A stretch of DNA of 64,000 nt from NCBI RefSeq assembly GCF_003018255.1, contig NZ_CP027440.1; one strand, written 5' to 3'. Each line of letters begins with the position of its first letter. The stretch's first letter is position 1. The notes below the pieces were generated by a model. That model saw nothing but the letters and a program-made list of their open reading frames with translations, was not told the DNA's origin and ran no database searches. Source of the DNA: Escherichia coli (GTDB taxonomy: Bacteria; Pseudomonadota; Gammaproteobacteria; Enterobacterales; Enterobacteriaceae). Positions 22,975-34,953 of this stretch are shown here, one piece after another. Both the position numbers and the translations under genes were made by a program.

Positions 22975-24294
22975 TTAACCGTGTTTATTTTTCAGTTCAA
23001 AGCGTGGTGAGACCAGACCATACAGTGTCCAACCGAGGAAGGTCACGATGGAACCGTATAGCATGGCTTCTTCCCCGGATGAGTACAGCGCATAAAAGCT
23101 GTACATCGCGCCAACAAAAGCAACAAAGTTTGCAACTTTCGCTTTTGAGGGGGGCACATTAGCGACCTTCTGAATAATGACTAATGCCGCCATTGACAGA
23201 ATATACGGAATGATATTGGTCACCACGGCCAGGTTAACCAGCACGTTGAACTGACTGTTCAGCGACGGGCTAATGGTCATCAGTGATAATCCGCTCTGGA
23301 TGATGACAATGGTCAGCATTCCCTGTACTGGTGCATCGACTTTGCTCACACGGGAGAAAATTTTCGGGAAGTACCCTTCATCGGCAGAAGATTTAAACAC
23401 CTGGGCAATGGTGAACTGCCAGCCAAGCAGCGAACCGCAGCAGGACATCACCATCAGCGCCATAATGACTTTACCCACTTCCGGCGTGAACATCTGCGCG
23501 AAGGCCAGACCAAATGGTGCCGTTGAATTTGCCAGCTCCATATTTGGCACAATCCCGGCAATCACGTTGGTGGAGACGATATAAATCACCGCCGCACCTA
23601 ACGTACCGCCAAGAACTGCAATCGGCACGTTACGTTCCGGGTTTTCAACTACTTCGGCGTTGGCACAGGCTGACTCCAGACCGAGGAAAGCCCACAACGT
23701 CATGGCGATGGAAGAACCTACAGCGCTAAAGAACGGCACATGGTGCGGGTTCCATGAGTTAGCGTATAGCGTCGGGCTAAACCAGAACCAGCCGATAATG
23801 CACAGACCGACGACCGGAATAATGACCCCCCACACAGTAATGCTACTGATTTGCCCGGTAATGCGCGCACCACCAAAGTTAGCCACGGTACAAATCCACA
23901 GCACTCCGATGGTCGCAAGACCAATCTGCACTGGCGACAAACTCGCGCCGAGCAGTTCGGTGCCGTAACCAACCGCCGAAATAGCAATCGCGACGTTAGC
24001 AATCAGCAGCGAGACACCGTAGGTGTAGTTCGCCATAAAGTTCCCGGATTTACCGAAAGCATACTCCGCATAACCGCCCATACCGCCTGATTTACGGCTG
24101 AACATACCGCATTTTGCGAATGCCCATGCCAGTGCCATTGAGCCTACGGCTGTCACCAGCCAGGAGATAATTGAGATTGTCCCAACTTCGGCAAGCTTTG
24201 TCGGCAGCATGATGATACCGGAGCCCATCATGTTGACCATCGTCAGTATGGTTAACTGAACGACGCCCATCTTATTCGATTTAGCCTGACTCAT
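22975..24294 (-). CDS. potE: Putrescine/ornithine antiporter
   Basis: 439-aa APC-family transporter ORF MSQAKSNKMGVVQLTILTMVNMMGSGIIMLPTKLAEVG... Confidence 0.95.
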   Translation of the reverse strand: MSQAKSNKMGVVQLTILTMVNMMGSGIIMLPTKLAEVGTISIISWLVTAVGSMALAWAFAKCGMFSRKSGGMGGYAEYAFGKSGNFMANYTYGVSLLIANVAIAISAVGYGTELLGASLSPVQIGLATIGVLWICTVANFGGARITGQISSITVWGVIIPVVGLCIIGWFWFSPTLYANSWNPHHVPFFSAVGSSIAMTLWAFLGLESACANAEVVENPERNVPIAVLGGTLGAAVIYIVSTNVIAGIVPNMELANSTAPFGLAFAQMFTPEVGKVIMALMVMSCCGSLLGWQFTIAQVFKSSADEGYFPKIFSRVSKVDAPVQGMLTIVIIQSGLSLMTISPSLNSQFNVLVNLAVVTNIIPYILSMAALVIIQKVANVPPSKAKVANFVAFVGAMYSFYALYSSGEEAMLYGSIVTFLGWTLYGLVSPRFELKNKHG

Positions 24295-26489
24295 AATTTT
24301 TCCCCTTTCAACAGGGTGCTTTGCGCATCACGAGGCTTGATGACATAGCACCAAACTTGCTTACGACCATCATGTTCTTCGATATAGACACCCTGCAGCT
24401 CTGGTGCAAAACCTGGCAGCAGGTTGATCCCTTCTTCCAGAGCGCTGAAGTAACGCAGAACAGCACCACCCCAGATTTCACCCGGAACAACACACAGCAC
24501 ACCCGGAGGATAAGGAAGCGCACCTTCGGCAGCGATACGGCCTTCTGCATCCGGCAGACGAACCAGCTCCACTTCATCGCGTAAATAGGCGTAGTTGGCT
24601 TCTTGTGGATTCATGCTTACGCGTGGGAAGTGTTCCTTACGGAACATCTCTTTTTGCAGTTGTTTCACGTTGTGACGGGCATACAAATCATGCATTTCCT
24701 GACACAACTGACGCAGGGTATAACCGGTGTAGCGCTCTTCATGCTGTTTGTAGATGGAAGGCAGTACTTCTGATAATGGCGCGTCGGACTCAAGCAGTTT
24801 TTCGAAGCGTACCAGCAGAGCAACAAGTTGCTGAAGTTTGGCCATATCTTCTGCCGGAGTCAGCAGAAAGAGGATGGAGTTAAGATCGCATTTTTCCGGC
24901 ACTACGCCATTTTCGCGCAGGAAGTTAGCAAGAATCGTCGCGGGTACACCGAACGCTTCATATTCGCCGTTACGTGCATCAATACCTGGGGTTGTCAGCA
25001 ACAGTTTGCACGGATCGACAAAGTATTGATTCTCTGCATAGCCTTCAAAAGAATGCCAGTGCTCACCTGGTACAAACTGGAAGAAGCGCAGATCAACCGC
25101 AATTTGCGCCGTTTCATACGACTGCCAGGGTTTACCATCCACCAGTTCAGGTACGAATGGACGAATATGCTGACAGTTATCGAGGATTAGTTTGCGGGCA
25201 TTAATGCCATTTACCACACAATCCATCCACATATTACGACCGCTGACACCTTCATGCATTTTGGCGTTGATATCCAGTGCGGCAAACAGCGGATAGAACG
25301 GGCTGGTGGAGGCATGCATCATAAAGGCGTTGTTCATGCGTTTGTGCGGTACATAACGCTGTTGCCCTTTGATATGGCTGTCTTTTTTATGGATTTGTGA
25401 AGTCTGGGAAAAACCAGCCTGCTGTTTATGCACAGATTGCGTAACCAGAATACCCGGATCGTTCTCATTAAGATCCAGCAACAGTGGTGAACAGTCCGCC
25501 ATCATCGGGATAAACTGCTCATAGCCGACCCATGCGGAGTCAAAGAGGATGTAGTCACACAGATGACCAATTTTATCCACCACCTGACGGGCGTTATAAA
25601 TCGTACCGTCGTAAGTGCCTAGCTGAATAACGGCGAGGCGGAAAGGACGAGCCTCTTTTGCCCGCTGCGGTGCGAATTCCGCGATCAGTTCACGCAGGTA
25701 ACTTTCTTCAAAACAGTGAGCGTCAATACCACCGATAAAACCATACGGGTTACGTGCGGTTTCCAGATAAACCGGTGTCGCGCCAGCCTGTAGCAACGCT
25801 CCGTGGTGGTTAGATTTGTGGTTATTGCGGTCAAACAGCACCAGATCACCCGGTGTCAGCAGGGCGTTTAAAACCACTTTGTTAGAAGATGAAGTGCCAT
25901 TTAAAACGAAGTATGTTTTATCGGCATTAAACACTTTTGCCGCATGTTGCTGTGCAATGCATGGCGCGCCTTCGTGAATCAGCAGATCGCCCATCGCTAC
26001 GTCGGCGTTGCACAAGTCAGCACGGAACAGCGCCTCACCAAAGTATTCCACAAACTGATTCCCCGCGGGATGGCGACGGAAAAATTCGCCGCCCTGATGA
26101 CCGGGGCAATCAAACGCGCTGTTACCCTGATTGACATAATCGACCAGTGCGCGGAAGAAGGGCGGGCGCAGTTGCGTTTCATAATGGCTGGCTGCGGTTT
26201 CTAACTGACGACCATAAAATTCTCGTCGCGATTCGCAATTCTCAAAGACACCCGAAATACGGGGCAAATACTCTGCGGGTACACGTTCTTGATTTTCAGT
26301 AGCAATAAATACCGGGATGCCATAACCCGTGGCATCGATTTCATCGAGTTTTCCGCGTGTAACATCGTTGAGCGATAAAACTATTGCCGCCACATCGATA
26401 TTACTGTTTTCATTAATATAGATACATTCTCGCTGCGTGGTAAAACAGTCCGGGCAAGAATCACTAACCGCAATTTTTAATTTTGACAT
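24291..26489 (-). CDS. speF: Inducible ornithine decarboxylase
   Basis: Track ORF 24291..26567 trimmed to the ATG at 26489: MSKLKIAVSDSCPDCFTTQRECIYINENSNIDVAAIV..., 732 aa; its stop overlaps the potE start (ATGA). Confidence 0.93.
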   Translation of the reverse strand: MSKLKIAVSDSCPDCFTTQRECIYINENSNIDVAAIVLSLNDVTRGKLDEIDATGYGIPVFIATENQERVPAEYLPRISGVFENCESRREFYGRQLETAASHYETQLRPPFFRALVDYVNQGNSAFDCPGHQGGEFFRRHPAGNQFVEYFGEALFRADLCNADVAMGDLLIHEGAPCIAQQHAAKVFNADKTYFVLNGTSSSNKVVLNALLTPGDLVLFDRNNHKSNHHGALLQAGATPVYLETARNPYGFIGGIDAHCFEESYLRELIAEFAPQRAKEARPFRLAVIQLGTYDGTIYNARQVVDKIGHLCDYILFDSAWVGYEQFIPMMADCSPLLLDLNENDPGILVTQSVHKQQAGFSQTSQIHKKDSHIKGQQRYVPHKRMNNAFMMHASTSPFYPLFAALDINAKMHEGVSGRNMWMDCVVNGINARKLILDNCQHIRPFVPELVDGKPWQSYETAQIAVDLRFFQFVPGEHWHSFEGYAENQYFVDPCKLLLTTPGIDARNGEYEAFGVPATILANFLRENGVVPEKCDLNSILFLLTPAEDMAKLQQLVALLVRFEKLLESDAPLSEVLPSIYKQHEERYTGYTLRQLCQEMHDLYARHNVKQLQKEMFRKEHFPRVSMNPQEANYAYLRDEVELVRLPDAEGRIAAEGALPYPPGVLCVVPGEIWGGAVLRYFSALEEGINLLPGFAPELQGVYIEEHDGRKQVWCYVIKPRDAQSTLLKGEKL

Positions 26490-26746
26490 TTTCCATCTCT
26501 TTATTTTGGGTAATAGCAGGTCCTCAATTTCTCGAATGAGAAATCGATCGTGCCGGAAAAAAAGCAAAGTTACCCCGCTGATAAATTAATCAGAAGTTTG
26601 CTTTTTTCAGAATGCAGAAACCCTTATCAGTCCGGTGGCTGATAATACAAGGGTTAACAGAGAATGAGCACTGCGGAATACAGGCATATGCCTGTAATAC
26701 AGAGAGTCAGGAAGACCTGTACGCTGAAGTGCCCTTAGTCGGTAGA

Positions 26747-26851
26747 CTAACGGGCATTGAAGAAGTGAAAGTCGAAGCTATTGCGATGAGCAAACTTCAT
26801 AATATGAGTTGTCCGCCTTATATGGGGCATAGTGCGGCTGTTATTTTCCAT
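26747..26851 (-). CDS. speFL: speF leader peptide SpeFL (34 aa, ornithine-sensing arrest peptide)
   Basis: Hand translation of the minus strand from ATG 26851 gives MENNSRTMPHIRRTTHIMKFAHRNSFDFHFFNAR followed by TAG, about 260 nt upstream of speF and absent from the ORF track because it is under 60 aa. Confidence 0.8.
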   Translation of the reverse strand: MENNSRTMPHIRRTTHIMKFAHRNSFDFHFFNAR

Positions 26852-27021
26852 TTAATTTACCTTTCCTGATGTGAATGAAGGTGAAGGTATTCTATCCAGG
26901 AAATACGGTTGAACTGTGAAGGTGATCAATAAAAAATGATCAATCTTAATTTATTTAATGATGAGCTTTTTACTCAGTAATATAAAATATTGAATTGTTA
27001 TTTTTGTGTGTTGTTTAAGAT

Positions 27022-27050
27022 AAAAAGCCGTATTTATTATTACGGCTTTA
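27022..27050. terminator. Terminator downstream of kdpE (end of the kdpFABCDE operon)
   Basis: A5, GCCGTA-tttattat-TACGGC hairpin, then TTTA; it sits 35 bp after the kdpE stop. Confidence 0.6.
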
Positions 27051-27084
27051 ATTAATAAAAGGCAGGATGTATTGAAATTAATAT

Positions 27085-27762
27085 TCAAAGCATAAACCGA
27101 TACCCAATACCGGTTTCAGTAATGAAATGGCGAGGCCGGGCCGGGTCCTGTTCCAGTTTTTGTCGCAGATGCCCCATATAAATACGCAAATAATGACTGT
27201 GTTCGACCGCGTTTGGCCCCCACACCTGGTTAAGGAGCTGGCGCTGGGTGAGCACTTTTCCCGCATTATTAAGCAACACTGCCAGCAGGCGGAACTCAAT
27301 CGGGGTGAGATGCACCTCTTCCTCGCCCCGATGGATCACACGAGCTGCTAAATCGACGGTAACATCGGAAAATTTCACCAGCGGATCGGGCGCGGCGGTG
27401 GCGGAGTGGCGACGTAAAGCGACGCGCAGACGGGCCTGCAATTCGCCAATGCCAAACGGCTTACTCAGATAATCATCCGCTCCGGCATCCAGCGCGGCGA
27501 TTTTGTCGCTCTCTTCGCTACGTGCGGAAAGCACAATCACCGGCACCGCGCTCCACTGGCGCAGGTCGCGGATAAACTCAATCCCATCACCATCGGGCAG
27601 GCCGAGATCGAGAATAATCAAATCTGGCTTACGGGTAGCCGCTTCCAGCAAGCCGCGTTGCAGCGTTTCGGCCTCAAAGACGCGCATACCGTCGCCTTCC
27701 AGCGCCGTGCGCAGAAAGCGACGAATAGCCTGTTCATCTTCAACAATCAGAACGTTTGTCAC
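27085..27762 (-). CDS. kdpE: Two-component response regulator KdpE (OmpR family)
   Basis: 225-aa ORF (M)[30 protein letters not shown]...; the start is GTG at 27762, overlapping the kdpD stop (GTGA). Confidence 0.93.
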   Translation of the reverse strand: MTNVLIVEDEQAIRRFLRTALEGDGMRVFEAETLQRGLLEAATRKPDLIILDLGLPDGDGIEFIRDLRQWSAVPVIVLSARSEESDKIAALDAGADDYLSKPFGIGELQARLRVALRRHSATAAPDPLVKFSDVTVDLAARVIHRGEEEVHLTPIEFRLLAVLLNNAGKVLTQRQLLNQVWGPNAVEHSHYLRIYMGHLRQKLEQDPARPRHFITETGIGYRFML

Positions 27763-30443
27763 ATATCCTCATGAAATTCTTCAAGTTCAGGAGCGGTTTG
27801 CTGGGGAAGTGTAACACGAAAACAGGCACCACCTTCCGGTCGGTTGAACGCGGTAATGGTGCCGCCGTGTACATCCACAATCGCCCGACAAATTGCCAGC
27901 CCAAGCCCTACACCCGGTACCGCCGACTCTTTATTCCCGCGAGCAAACTTATCAAATATCGTCTGCTCCTGGCCTGGCGGAAGACCGGGGCCGTTATCCC
28001 AGACATCCAGTTGTAGCTTCTCGCCCTCAACGTGGGCATCGATACCAATTTCGGCCTGCGCACCCGCGTATTTCACCGCGTTCTCCAGCAGATTAATCAG
28101 CACCCGTTCAAAGAGCGGCCCGTCAACGTGGATTAAGGTCAGCGGTTCTGGCAGAGAAAGATTGATAGGCGACGATAAACCCGGTTCCAGCATTTGCAGC
28201 GCGCTGCCGACCACTTCTTCCAGCGTTAACCACTCTTTCTTCAAATTAAAGCCGCCGGACTGAATTCGCGCCATATCGAGCAGATTATTCACCAGTCGGG
28301 TCGTGTTCAGCACATGCTGACGAATCTCGCTGGCCTGGCGGGCGTGGGGCGATCCTTCGCTTGCCAGATCGAGCGTTAAGATTTCTGCCTGACCGAACAG
28401 CACCGTGAGCGGCGTGCGTAAATCATGCGAAAGCGCCGCCAGCAGAGCGTTGCGGATCTGTTCACGTTCGCTTGCCATCCGCGCCTGTTCTTCGCTGGCG
28501 GTCAGCGTCAGCCGCTCAAGCGCATTGGCGACTAACAGCGTAAACGTCTCCAGCAGGCGCTGCTGTTCCGGGATCATCAACTGGCGCAGATTCCCCGGTT
28601 CCACCACCACCAGTCCGTAGGTTTTCTCGCCGCTTTTTAGCGGCAAAATCTGGTACGGTACACCGGGTAACGTGTCGGTGCCCGCGCCCGCAGGCAGACC
28701 TTTATCAAAACTCCACTGCGCGATGGCATCGTCCCACGGCGTCATTCCTTGCGGATGTGTTAACGGCTGCAATTTACCGTTGTCATCAGGCAGCAACACC
28801 TGGCTACGGGCATGAAACGTGGAGGCAATAAACTGTTCGCTGGTGGCGGCGATATCCTGCGAACTGCGGCCCACAGCCAGAGCTTTGGACATTTCATATA
28901 AGTGCCGTGTGCGTTGTTCGCGGTAACGGGCTACCCGCGCCTGATAACGCACGCCAGCAGTAAGGTTCCCGATCACCAGCCCGACGGTTAACATCACCGC
29001 GAAGGTCAGCAGATATTGCACATCAGAGACGGCGAGCGTGCCGCGTGGGGCGATAAAAAAGAGATCGAAACTCACCACATTAATGACGGTAGCAACCACC
29101 GAAGGCCAGCGTCCATAAAATAGCGCCACCACCACCACGCCAAGTAGATACAGCATCACCAGGTTGGCGGCATCAAACGCCATCAGCCACTGCATGGCAA
29201 TTAAGGTGATAACGGCGCATAACGCGGCGGCAACCACGCATCCCTGAATCTGTACCCGCCACTTGTCTTTAAAAGAGCGGCTATCCGGCGCGTTGTTAAT
29301 CGTGCGGGCGGGTGGTTCATCAAGCGCGACCAGCACCTGATCGAGATCGGGGGCGATGCGCGCCAGTCGGTCAGCAAACGTTTCCCGACGCCACCAGCGG
29401 CGCGAGGCTGGGCGACCGAGAATAATCTTGCCGAGATTATGCTCACGGGCGTAACGCACTACCGCTTTCTCTTCCGCTGGATTAGAAAGTGTTGCCGTCT
29501 CCGCGCCCAGCTCCTGCGCCAGACGTAAGGCGCTGAGAATTGCCCGACGTTTTTTCTCCGGTAAGCGATGCAGGGCAGGGGTTTCAACATACACCGCGTG
29601 CCAGACGCTACCCAGCCGTGACGCCAGCCGCGCCGCCGCGCGGACCAGTTTCTCACTACCAGTGTTATGGCCGATGCATAAAAGGATCGCGTCGCGCGTG
29701 TGCCAGACTTTCTCTTCGCCAGGATGCCCCCGCCAGGCGCGCATTTGCTCATCTACGCGATCGGCAGTACGGCGCAGTGCCAGTTCGCGCAGGGCGATCA
29801 GATTGCCTTTGCGGAAAAAATGTTCAATGGCGCGCTCCGCCTGCCCGGCAATATAGACTTTGCCTTCTTTCAGTCGCTGGCGCAGATCGTCCGGGGGCAA
29901 GTCCACCAGCACTACGTCGTCGGCGGCATCAAAAAAAGGATCGGGCACGGTTTCCCGAACCTGAATTCCGGTGACGCCGCTGACCACATCATTCAGGCTT
30001 TCCAGATGTTGAACGTTGACGGTAGTGAAAACATCAATGCCAGCTTCCAGCAGCTCTTCGATGTCCTGCCAGCGTTTGGGATGACGAGAACCTGGCGCAT
30101 TACTGTGCGCCAGTTCGTCCATTAAGATCAGTGCCGGACGGCGGGCGAGGGCGGCATCGAGATCAAACTCGCTGATGTGCCGCCCACGGTACGCCTGGCG
30201 TTTTAACGGCAGAACAGCCAGCCCTTCCAGCATTGCGGCGGTATCTTTCCGCCCGTGGGTTTCTACCACGCCAACCACAATATCCAGCCCTTGCGCCCGC
30301 AGTCGCTGGGCTTCTGCCAGCATTGCCCAGGTCTTGCCGACGCCTGCGCAGGCACCGAAGAAAACTTTCAGCTTCCCCCGATGCGGCGCGGCAGTTTGTT
30401 CCAGCAGACGATCGGGGTCGGGACGTAAGGGTTCGTTATTCAT
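27759..30443 (-). CDS. kdpD: Sensor histidine kinase KdpD
   Basis: Track ORF 27759..30476 trimmed to the ATG at 30443: [38 protein letters not shown]..., 894 aa. Confidence 0.93.
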   Translation of the reverse strand: MNNEPLRPDPDRLLEQTAAPHRGKLKVFFGACAGVGKTWAMLAEAQRLRAQGLDIVVGVVETHGRKDTAAMLEGLAVLPLKRQAYRGRHISEFDLDAALARRPALILMDELAHSNAPGSRHPKRWQDIEELLEAGIDVFTTVNVQHLESLNDVVSGVTGIQVRETVPDPFFDAADDVVLVDLPPDDLRQRLKEGKVYIAGQAERAIEHFFRKGNLIALRELALRRTADRVDEQMRAWRGHPGEEKVWHTRDAILLCIGHNTGSEKLVRAAARLASRLGSVWHAVYVETPALHRLPEKKRRAILSALRLAQELGAETATLSNPAEEKAVVRYAREHNLGKIILGRPASRRWWRRETFADRLARIAPDLDQVLVALDEPPARTINNAPDSRSFKDKWRVQIQGCVVAAALCAVITLIAMQWLMAFDAANLVMLYLLGVVVVALFYGRWPSVVATVINVVSFDLFFIAPRGTLAVSDVQYLLTFAVMLTVGLVIGNLTAGVRYQARVARYREQRTRHLYEMSKALAVGRSSQDIAATSEQFIASTFHARSQVLLPDDNGKLQPLTHPQGMTPWDDAIAQWSFDKGLPAGAGTDTLPGVPYQILPLKSGEKTYGLVVVEPGNLRQLMIPEQQRLLETFTLLVANALERLTLTASEEQARMASEREQIRNALLAALSHDLRTPLTVLFGQAEILTLDLASEGSPHARQASEIRQHVLNTTRLVNNLLDMARIQSGGFNLKKEWLTLEEVVGSALQMLEPGLSSPINLSLPEPLTLIHVDGPLFERVLINLLENAVKYAGAQAEIGIDAHVEGEKLQLDVWDNGPGLPPGQEQTIFDKFARGNKESAVPGVGLGLAICRAIVDVHGGTITAFNRPEGGACFRVTLPQQTAPELEEFHEDM

Positions 30444-31008
30444 CAAGCTTATCCAGCGCCAGATTGAGTTCGACAATGTTGACGACCGGCTGGCCGATAT
30501 ATTTCACCAGCGGTTGTTGGCTATATTTTGCGATCAGCTGCGTGAGCTGTTCAACGCTGAGATTACGCGCTTTCGCCACGCGTGGGATCTGCCAGGCCGC
30601 CGCTTGCGGGGTGATGTTATTGTCCAGCCCGCTTGCCGACGCCGTCACCAGTTCAACCGGAACGTTCGCGCTGGCATCCGGGTTAGCGGCCCGTAATGCG
30701 GCAACGCGTGCAGCGATTTGTTTATCCAGCTCCGGGTTACTAACCGCCAGATTGCTCCCGCCAGAAGCCTGTGGATTATAGGGCATTTCTGCCGTTGCCG
30801 ACGGGCGACCATGAAAATAGCCGTTGCCAGTAAAATTCTGCCCGATCAATGCCGAGCCGCGCACCGTATCACCTTCGCGAATCAACGAACCGTTGGCCTG
30901 CCAGGGAAACCACCATTGCCCCAGCGCGGTGGTCAGCAGCGGGTAAACACCGCCAGTAATCAGTAACAAAAAGAGAAATGTTGATAATGCCGGACGTAAT
31001 CCACGCAT
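30436..31008 (-). CDS. kdpC: Potassium-transporting ATPase subunit KdpC
   Basis: Track ORF 30436..31032 trimmed to the ATG at 31008 (GAGG 8 nt upstream): [27 protein letters not shown]..., 190 aa. Confidence 0.88.
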   Translation of the reverse strand: MRGLRPALSTFLFLLLITGGVYPLLTTALGQWWFPWQANGSLIREGDTVRGSALIGQNFTGNGYFHGRPSATAEMPYNPQASGGSNLAVSNPELDKQIAARVAALRAANPDASANVPVELVTASASGLDNNITPQAAAWQIPRVAKARNLSVEQLTQLIAKYSQQPLVKYIGQPVVNIVELNLALDKLDE

Positions 31009-31016
31009 GGTAAACC

Positions 31017-33065
31017 TCACACCAGACCGCAAACGGTCAGCAGTAAATCAATGACTTTGATACCAATAAACGGCACCAGCAGCCCACCCAGACCGTAAAT
31101 CCATAAGTTACGGCGCAACATGGCAGAAGCGGTAAGCGGTTTATAACTCACGCCTTTTAACGCCAGGGGAATCAAAAAGACGATAATCAAGGCGTTGAAA
31201 ATGACCGCACTGAGAATGGCGGAGTCGGGCGAATGCAGGCGCATGATGTTCAGCGCATTTAACTGCGGATACGTTGCCGCGAACGCCGCCGGAATAATGG
31301 CGAAGTATTTCGCCACATCGTTGGCAATGCTGAAGGTGGTCAGCGAGCCACGGGTCATCAGCATCTGTTTGCCAATATGCACCACCTCGATCAACTTGGT
31401 CGGGTTAGAGTCGAGATCCACCATATTGCCCGCTTCTTTCGCCGCCTGAGTACCGGAGTTCATCGCTACCGCGACATCTGCCTGCGCCAGCGCCGGAGCA
31501 TCATTGGTGCCGTCGCCGGTCATCGCCACCAAACGGCCTTCCGCCTGATACTGACGAATTAACGCCAGCTTGGCCTCCGGTGTCGCTTCGGCGAGAAAAT
31601 CATCGACACCCGCTTCCGCAGCAATGGCGGCGGCAGTCAGACGGTTATCGCCGGTAATCATCACCGTTTTAATGCCCATTTTGCGCAGCTGGGCGAAGCG
31701 CTCTTTAATACCGCCTTTGACGATATCTTTCAGCGCAATAACGCCCAGCACACGAGAACCTTCCACCACCACCAGCGGCGTGGCCCCCTGACGCGCAACC
31801 TGATCGACTTTTTGATCAACATCGACAGGGAAGTGACCACCGTTAGCCTCAACATGGCGGCGAATGGCATCGACAGAACCTTTACGGATCATGCGGTTGT
31901 CGATATTGATCCCGCTCATTCGACTTTGCGCAGTAAACGGTACAAAAGTGGCGTGAAGCGACTGCACATCGCGCTCGCGCAGGTTAAAGCGCTGCTTGGC
32001 GAGGATCACAATACTGCGGCCTTCCGGCGTTTCGTCGGCCAGCGAAGCCAGTTGTGCTGCGTCGGCCAGCGTTTTTTCCTCTACGCCCTGCGCAGGGATA
32101 AACTCTGATGCCTGACGGTTACCGAGGGTGATGGTGCCAGTTTTATCCAGCAGCAGGACGTCCACGTCGCCCGCCGCTTCAACTGCACGCCCGCTGGTGG
32201 CAATCACATTCGCGCCCAACATCCGGCTCATCCCGGCGACGCCGATCGCTGACAACAGGCCGCCAATAGTGGTTGGGATCAGACAGACCAACAGCGCCAC
32301 CAGTACCGTTACGCTGACTGCATTACCACCCCATGCGGAAAACGGCCACAGCGTGGCGGTTGCCAGTAAAAAGACGATAGTCAGGGCAATCAGCAGGATG
32401 GTCAGGGCAATCTCGTTCGGCGTTTTGCGTCGCTGCGCGCCTTCCACCATCGCGATCATCCGATCCAGAAATGTCTCGCCGGGGTTAACGCTGCACTCAA
32501 TCACCAGCCAGTCAGAAAGAATACGCGTGCCGCCAGTGACGGAGGCAAAATCGCCGCCGGATTCACGGATCACCGGAGCCGATTCCCCGGTGATGGCGCT
32601 TTCATCGACCGATGCGCCGCCTTCAATGACTTCACCATCGCAGGGGATAATATCGCCAGCTTCTACCAGTACGATATCGCCTTTACGCAGTTGATCTGCG
32701 GGAACTTTGTCCGCCGCAGCGCCATATTTCGGCTCACGCAGCTTGCGGGCAAAGGCAGTTTTTTTCACCCCTTTCAGACTATTGGCTTGCGCTTTACTGC
32801 GGCCTTCTGCCAGCGCCTCGGCGAAATTAGCGAACAGTACGGTGACCCACAGCCAGCCGCTAATTGCCGCGCTAAACAGCGCATTGCCAGGCATCGCGCC
32901 GCTTGCCATTGCAATGCTAATAAAGGTGGTTAACAGACTGCCGATCCAGACGATAAACATCACTGGATTACGCCATTGCGCCTGCGGGTTTAATTTTTTC
33001 ACCGCTTCTTTCAGCGCCTGAACGACAAGTGTTGGTTCGAATAGCGCCAGTTGTTTACGACTCAT
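31017..33065 (-). CDS. kdpB: Potassium-transporting P-type ATPase subunit KdpB
   Basis: 682-aa ORF with DKTGT phosphorylation motif and TGDGTND hinge motif. Confidence 0.95.
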   Translation of the reverse strand: MSRKQLALFEPTLVVQALKEAVKKLNPQAQWRNPVMFIVWIGSLLTTFISIAMASGAMPGNALFSAAISGWLWVTVLFANFAEALAEGRSKAQANSLKGVKKTAFARKLREPKYGAAADKVPADQLRKGDIVLVEAGDIIPCDGEVIEGGASVDESAITGESAPVIRESGGDFASVTGGTRILSDWLVIECSVNPGETFLDRMIAMVEGAQRRKTPNEIALTILLIALTIVFLLATATLWPFSAWGGNAVSVTVLVALLVCLIPTTIGGLLSAIGVAGMSRMLGANVIATSGRAVEAAGDVDVLLLDKTGTITLGNRQASEFIPAQGVEEKTLADAAQLASLADETPEGRSIVILAKQRFNLRERDVQSLHATFVPFTAQSRMSGINIDNRMIRKGSVDAIRRHVEANGGHFPVDVDQKVDQVARQGATPLVVVEGSRVLGVIALKDIVKGGIKERFAQLRKMGIKTVMITGDNRLTAAAIAAEAGVDDFLAEATPEAKLALIRQYQAEGRLVAMTGDGTNDAPALAQADVAVAMNSGTQAAKEAGNMVDLDSNPTKLIEVVHIGKQMLMTRGSLTTFSIANDVAKYFAIIPAAFAATYPQLNALNIMRLHSPDSAILSAVIFNALIIVFLIPLALKGVSYKPLTASAMLRRNLWIYGLGGLLVPFIGIKVIDLLLTVCGLV

Positions 33066-33087
33066 ATTCAGTGCTCACTCAATATCA

Positions 33088-34761
33088 TCAGGAGAGATAT
33101 TCCGCCACCGGACCAAGCGCCAGGGCAGGGATAAAGGTCAGTGCGCCAACCAGCAACACGGTGCCGATTAACAGGCCAACAAACAGCGGGCCGTGCGTTG
33201 GCAGCGTGCCGGAGCTGGCGGGCTGGCTCTTTTTACTCACCAGCGAACCGGCAATTGCCATCACCGGGATAATTACCCCGAAGCGACCGACAAACATGCA
33301 GAACGCCAGCAAACAGTTCCAGAATGGAGAGTTGGCGCTTAATCCGGCAAAGGCGCTGCCGTTGTTGTTAGCGGCGGATGACACGGCGTACAGCACTTCG
33401 CTAAAACCATGCGGGCCAGGGTTGAGCATGGCGCTACGTCCGGCGTCGGTCATCATTGCCAGCGCCGCGCCCATCAGCGCCAGCGTTGGGGTGACCAGAA
33501 TCGCCAGCGCGGTCAGTTTCATCTCGCGTACGTCGATTTTTTTACCCAGATATTCCGGTGTACGACCAATCATCAGCCCAGCAATAAACACCGCCAGCAG
33601 GACAAACAGCATCATGCCGTAAAGACCAGAACCGACACCGCCGAACACCACTTCACCAATTTGCATCAGCCACATCGGCACCATGCCACCAAGAGCGGTA
33701 AACGAATCATGCATCGCAATCACCGCGCCACAGGAAGCCGCCGTAGTCACGACCGCAAACAGGCTACTGACCAGCACGCCGAAACGACTCTCTTTACCTT
33801 CCATATTGATGCTGCTGTCCGCGCCCAGTGCCAGCAGATGCGGATTACCCTGAACTTCTGCCCACATCACCACGCCTGTGCAGATGATAAAAATCACTGA
33901 CATCGCCCACAGCAACATGCGCCCCTGACGGCGATCGCCCGCCACTTCGCCAAAGGCAAAGCACAGCGCTGTTGGGATCAAGAAGATCGCCAGCATCTGC
34001 ACGAAGTTGGTCAGTGCGGTTGGGTTTTCAAACGGATGCGACGAGTTGGCATTAAAGAAGCCACCGCCGTTAGTGCCGAGCATCTTGATCGCTTCCTGAG
34101 AAGCTACAGGCCCCATGGGTAACAGCTGTTGCGCTCCTTCAACGGTATTCACCGCCTGATAGGGCAGAAAGTTTTGCAGCGCACCTTGTTGAATAAAAAA
34201 CAATGCGATCAACAACGCCACAGGGACTAGCACCCATAACGTGATGCGTAGCAGATCGACCCAGGCATTCCCGAGTGTGCTCATGCTCTGGCGGGTAAAT
34301 GCACGTATGAGGGCAAAAATCACCGCAATCCCGCTGGCGGCAGAAAGAAAGTTTTGCACCGTTAAGCCCGCCATCTGGCTGAAATAGCTCAACGTGGTTT
34401 CACCGCTGTAAGATTGCCAGTTGGTATTTGTGACAAAGCTGACGGCGGTATTCAGCGCCAGATCCCACGACAGTCCTGGCAACTGCTGTGGATTAAGCGG
34501 CAGATAGTGCTGACCGAGCAACATAAAAAACAGCACCGCCAGCCCCAGTATATTCAGGCCAAGAATGGCTGAGAGATACTGCTTCCAGTTCATCTCGCGG
34601 TCAGAGACGCCAAGCGCGCGAAAAAGTACGCGCTCAACGCCCGTCGTACCGGGAAGAGGAATGTCATTAATCAGCCGCGCCAGCCCGCTGCCTAAAGGAC
34701 GCGCCAGCACCATTAACACCAGTAAAAACGTGGCAATCAGTAAGAACCCTTGCGCAGCCAT
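33088..34761 (-). CDS. kdpA: Potassium-transporting ATPase channel subunit KdpA
   Basis: Track ORF 33088..34905 trimmed to the ATG at 34761: [32 protein letters not shown]..., 557 aa. Confidence 0.92.
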   Translation of the reverse strand: MAAQGFLLIATFLLVLMVLARPLGSGLARLINDIPLPGTTGVERVLFRALGVSDREMNWKQYLSAILGLNILGLAVLFFMLLGQHYLPLNPQQLPGLSWDLALNTAVSFVTNTNWQSYSGETTLSYFSQMAGLTVQNFLSAASGIAVIFALIRAFTRQSMSTLGNAWVDLLRITLWVLVPVALLIALFFIQQGALQNFLPYQAVNTVEGAQQLLPMGPVASQEAIKMLGTNGGGFFNANSSHPFENPTALTNFVQMLAIFLIPTALCFAFGEVAGDRRQGRMLLWAMSVIFIICTGVVMWAEVQGNPHLLALGADSSINMEGKESRFGVLVSSLFAVVTTAASCGAVIAMHDSFTALGGMVPMWLMQIGEVVFGGVGSGLYGMMLFVLLAVFIAGLMIGRTPEYLGKKIDVREMKLTALAILVTPTLALMGAALAMMTDAGRSAMLNPGPHGFSEVLYAVSSAANNNGSAFAGLSANSPFWNCLLAFCMFVGRFGVIIPVMAIAGSLVSKKSQPASSGTLPTHGPLFVGLLIGTVLLVGALTFIPALALGPVAEYLS

Positions 34762-34850
34762 CAGAACGCCTCCGCATTGATCAGGGCATAAACCAGATAA
34801 CCCAGTAATAAAAACACCAGCAACACGCCGGCTATCACGCCTGCACTCAC
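34761..34850 (-). CDS. kdpF: Small membrane subunit KdpF (29 aa)
   Basis: GTG at 34850 gives (M)[28 protein letters not shown]; its stop overlaps the kdpA ATG by 1 nt. Confidence 0.65.
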   Translation of the reverse strand: MSAGVIAGVLLVFLLLGYLVYALINAEAF

Positions 34851-34923
34851 AGTGCACCTCCAGTGGCCTAAAAGTGATACCGGAAGAGTAGAATTCTGGC
34901 TGCAAAGATTTCGCAAAAATCTG

Positions 34924-34953
34924 CGGGCGGGGTGTAAAAAAAGTATAAAAATG
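34924..34953 (-). promoter_or_regulatory. KdpE binding site of the kdpFABC promoter
   Basis: Minus strand reads CATTTTTATACTTTTTTTACACCCCGCCCG, which I recall as the KdpE-protected sequence, about 75-105 bp upstream of the kdpF start. Confidence 0.55.

Noticed and set aside
26612-26869. Plus-strand 85-aa ORF (ybfK-like) in the speF leader region
   Set aside because: Antisense to the well-supported speFL leader peptide, no convincing RBS, and located where the speF 5' leader must be transcribed from the other strand; kept only as part of a finding.
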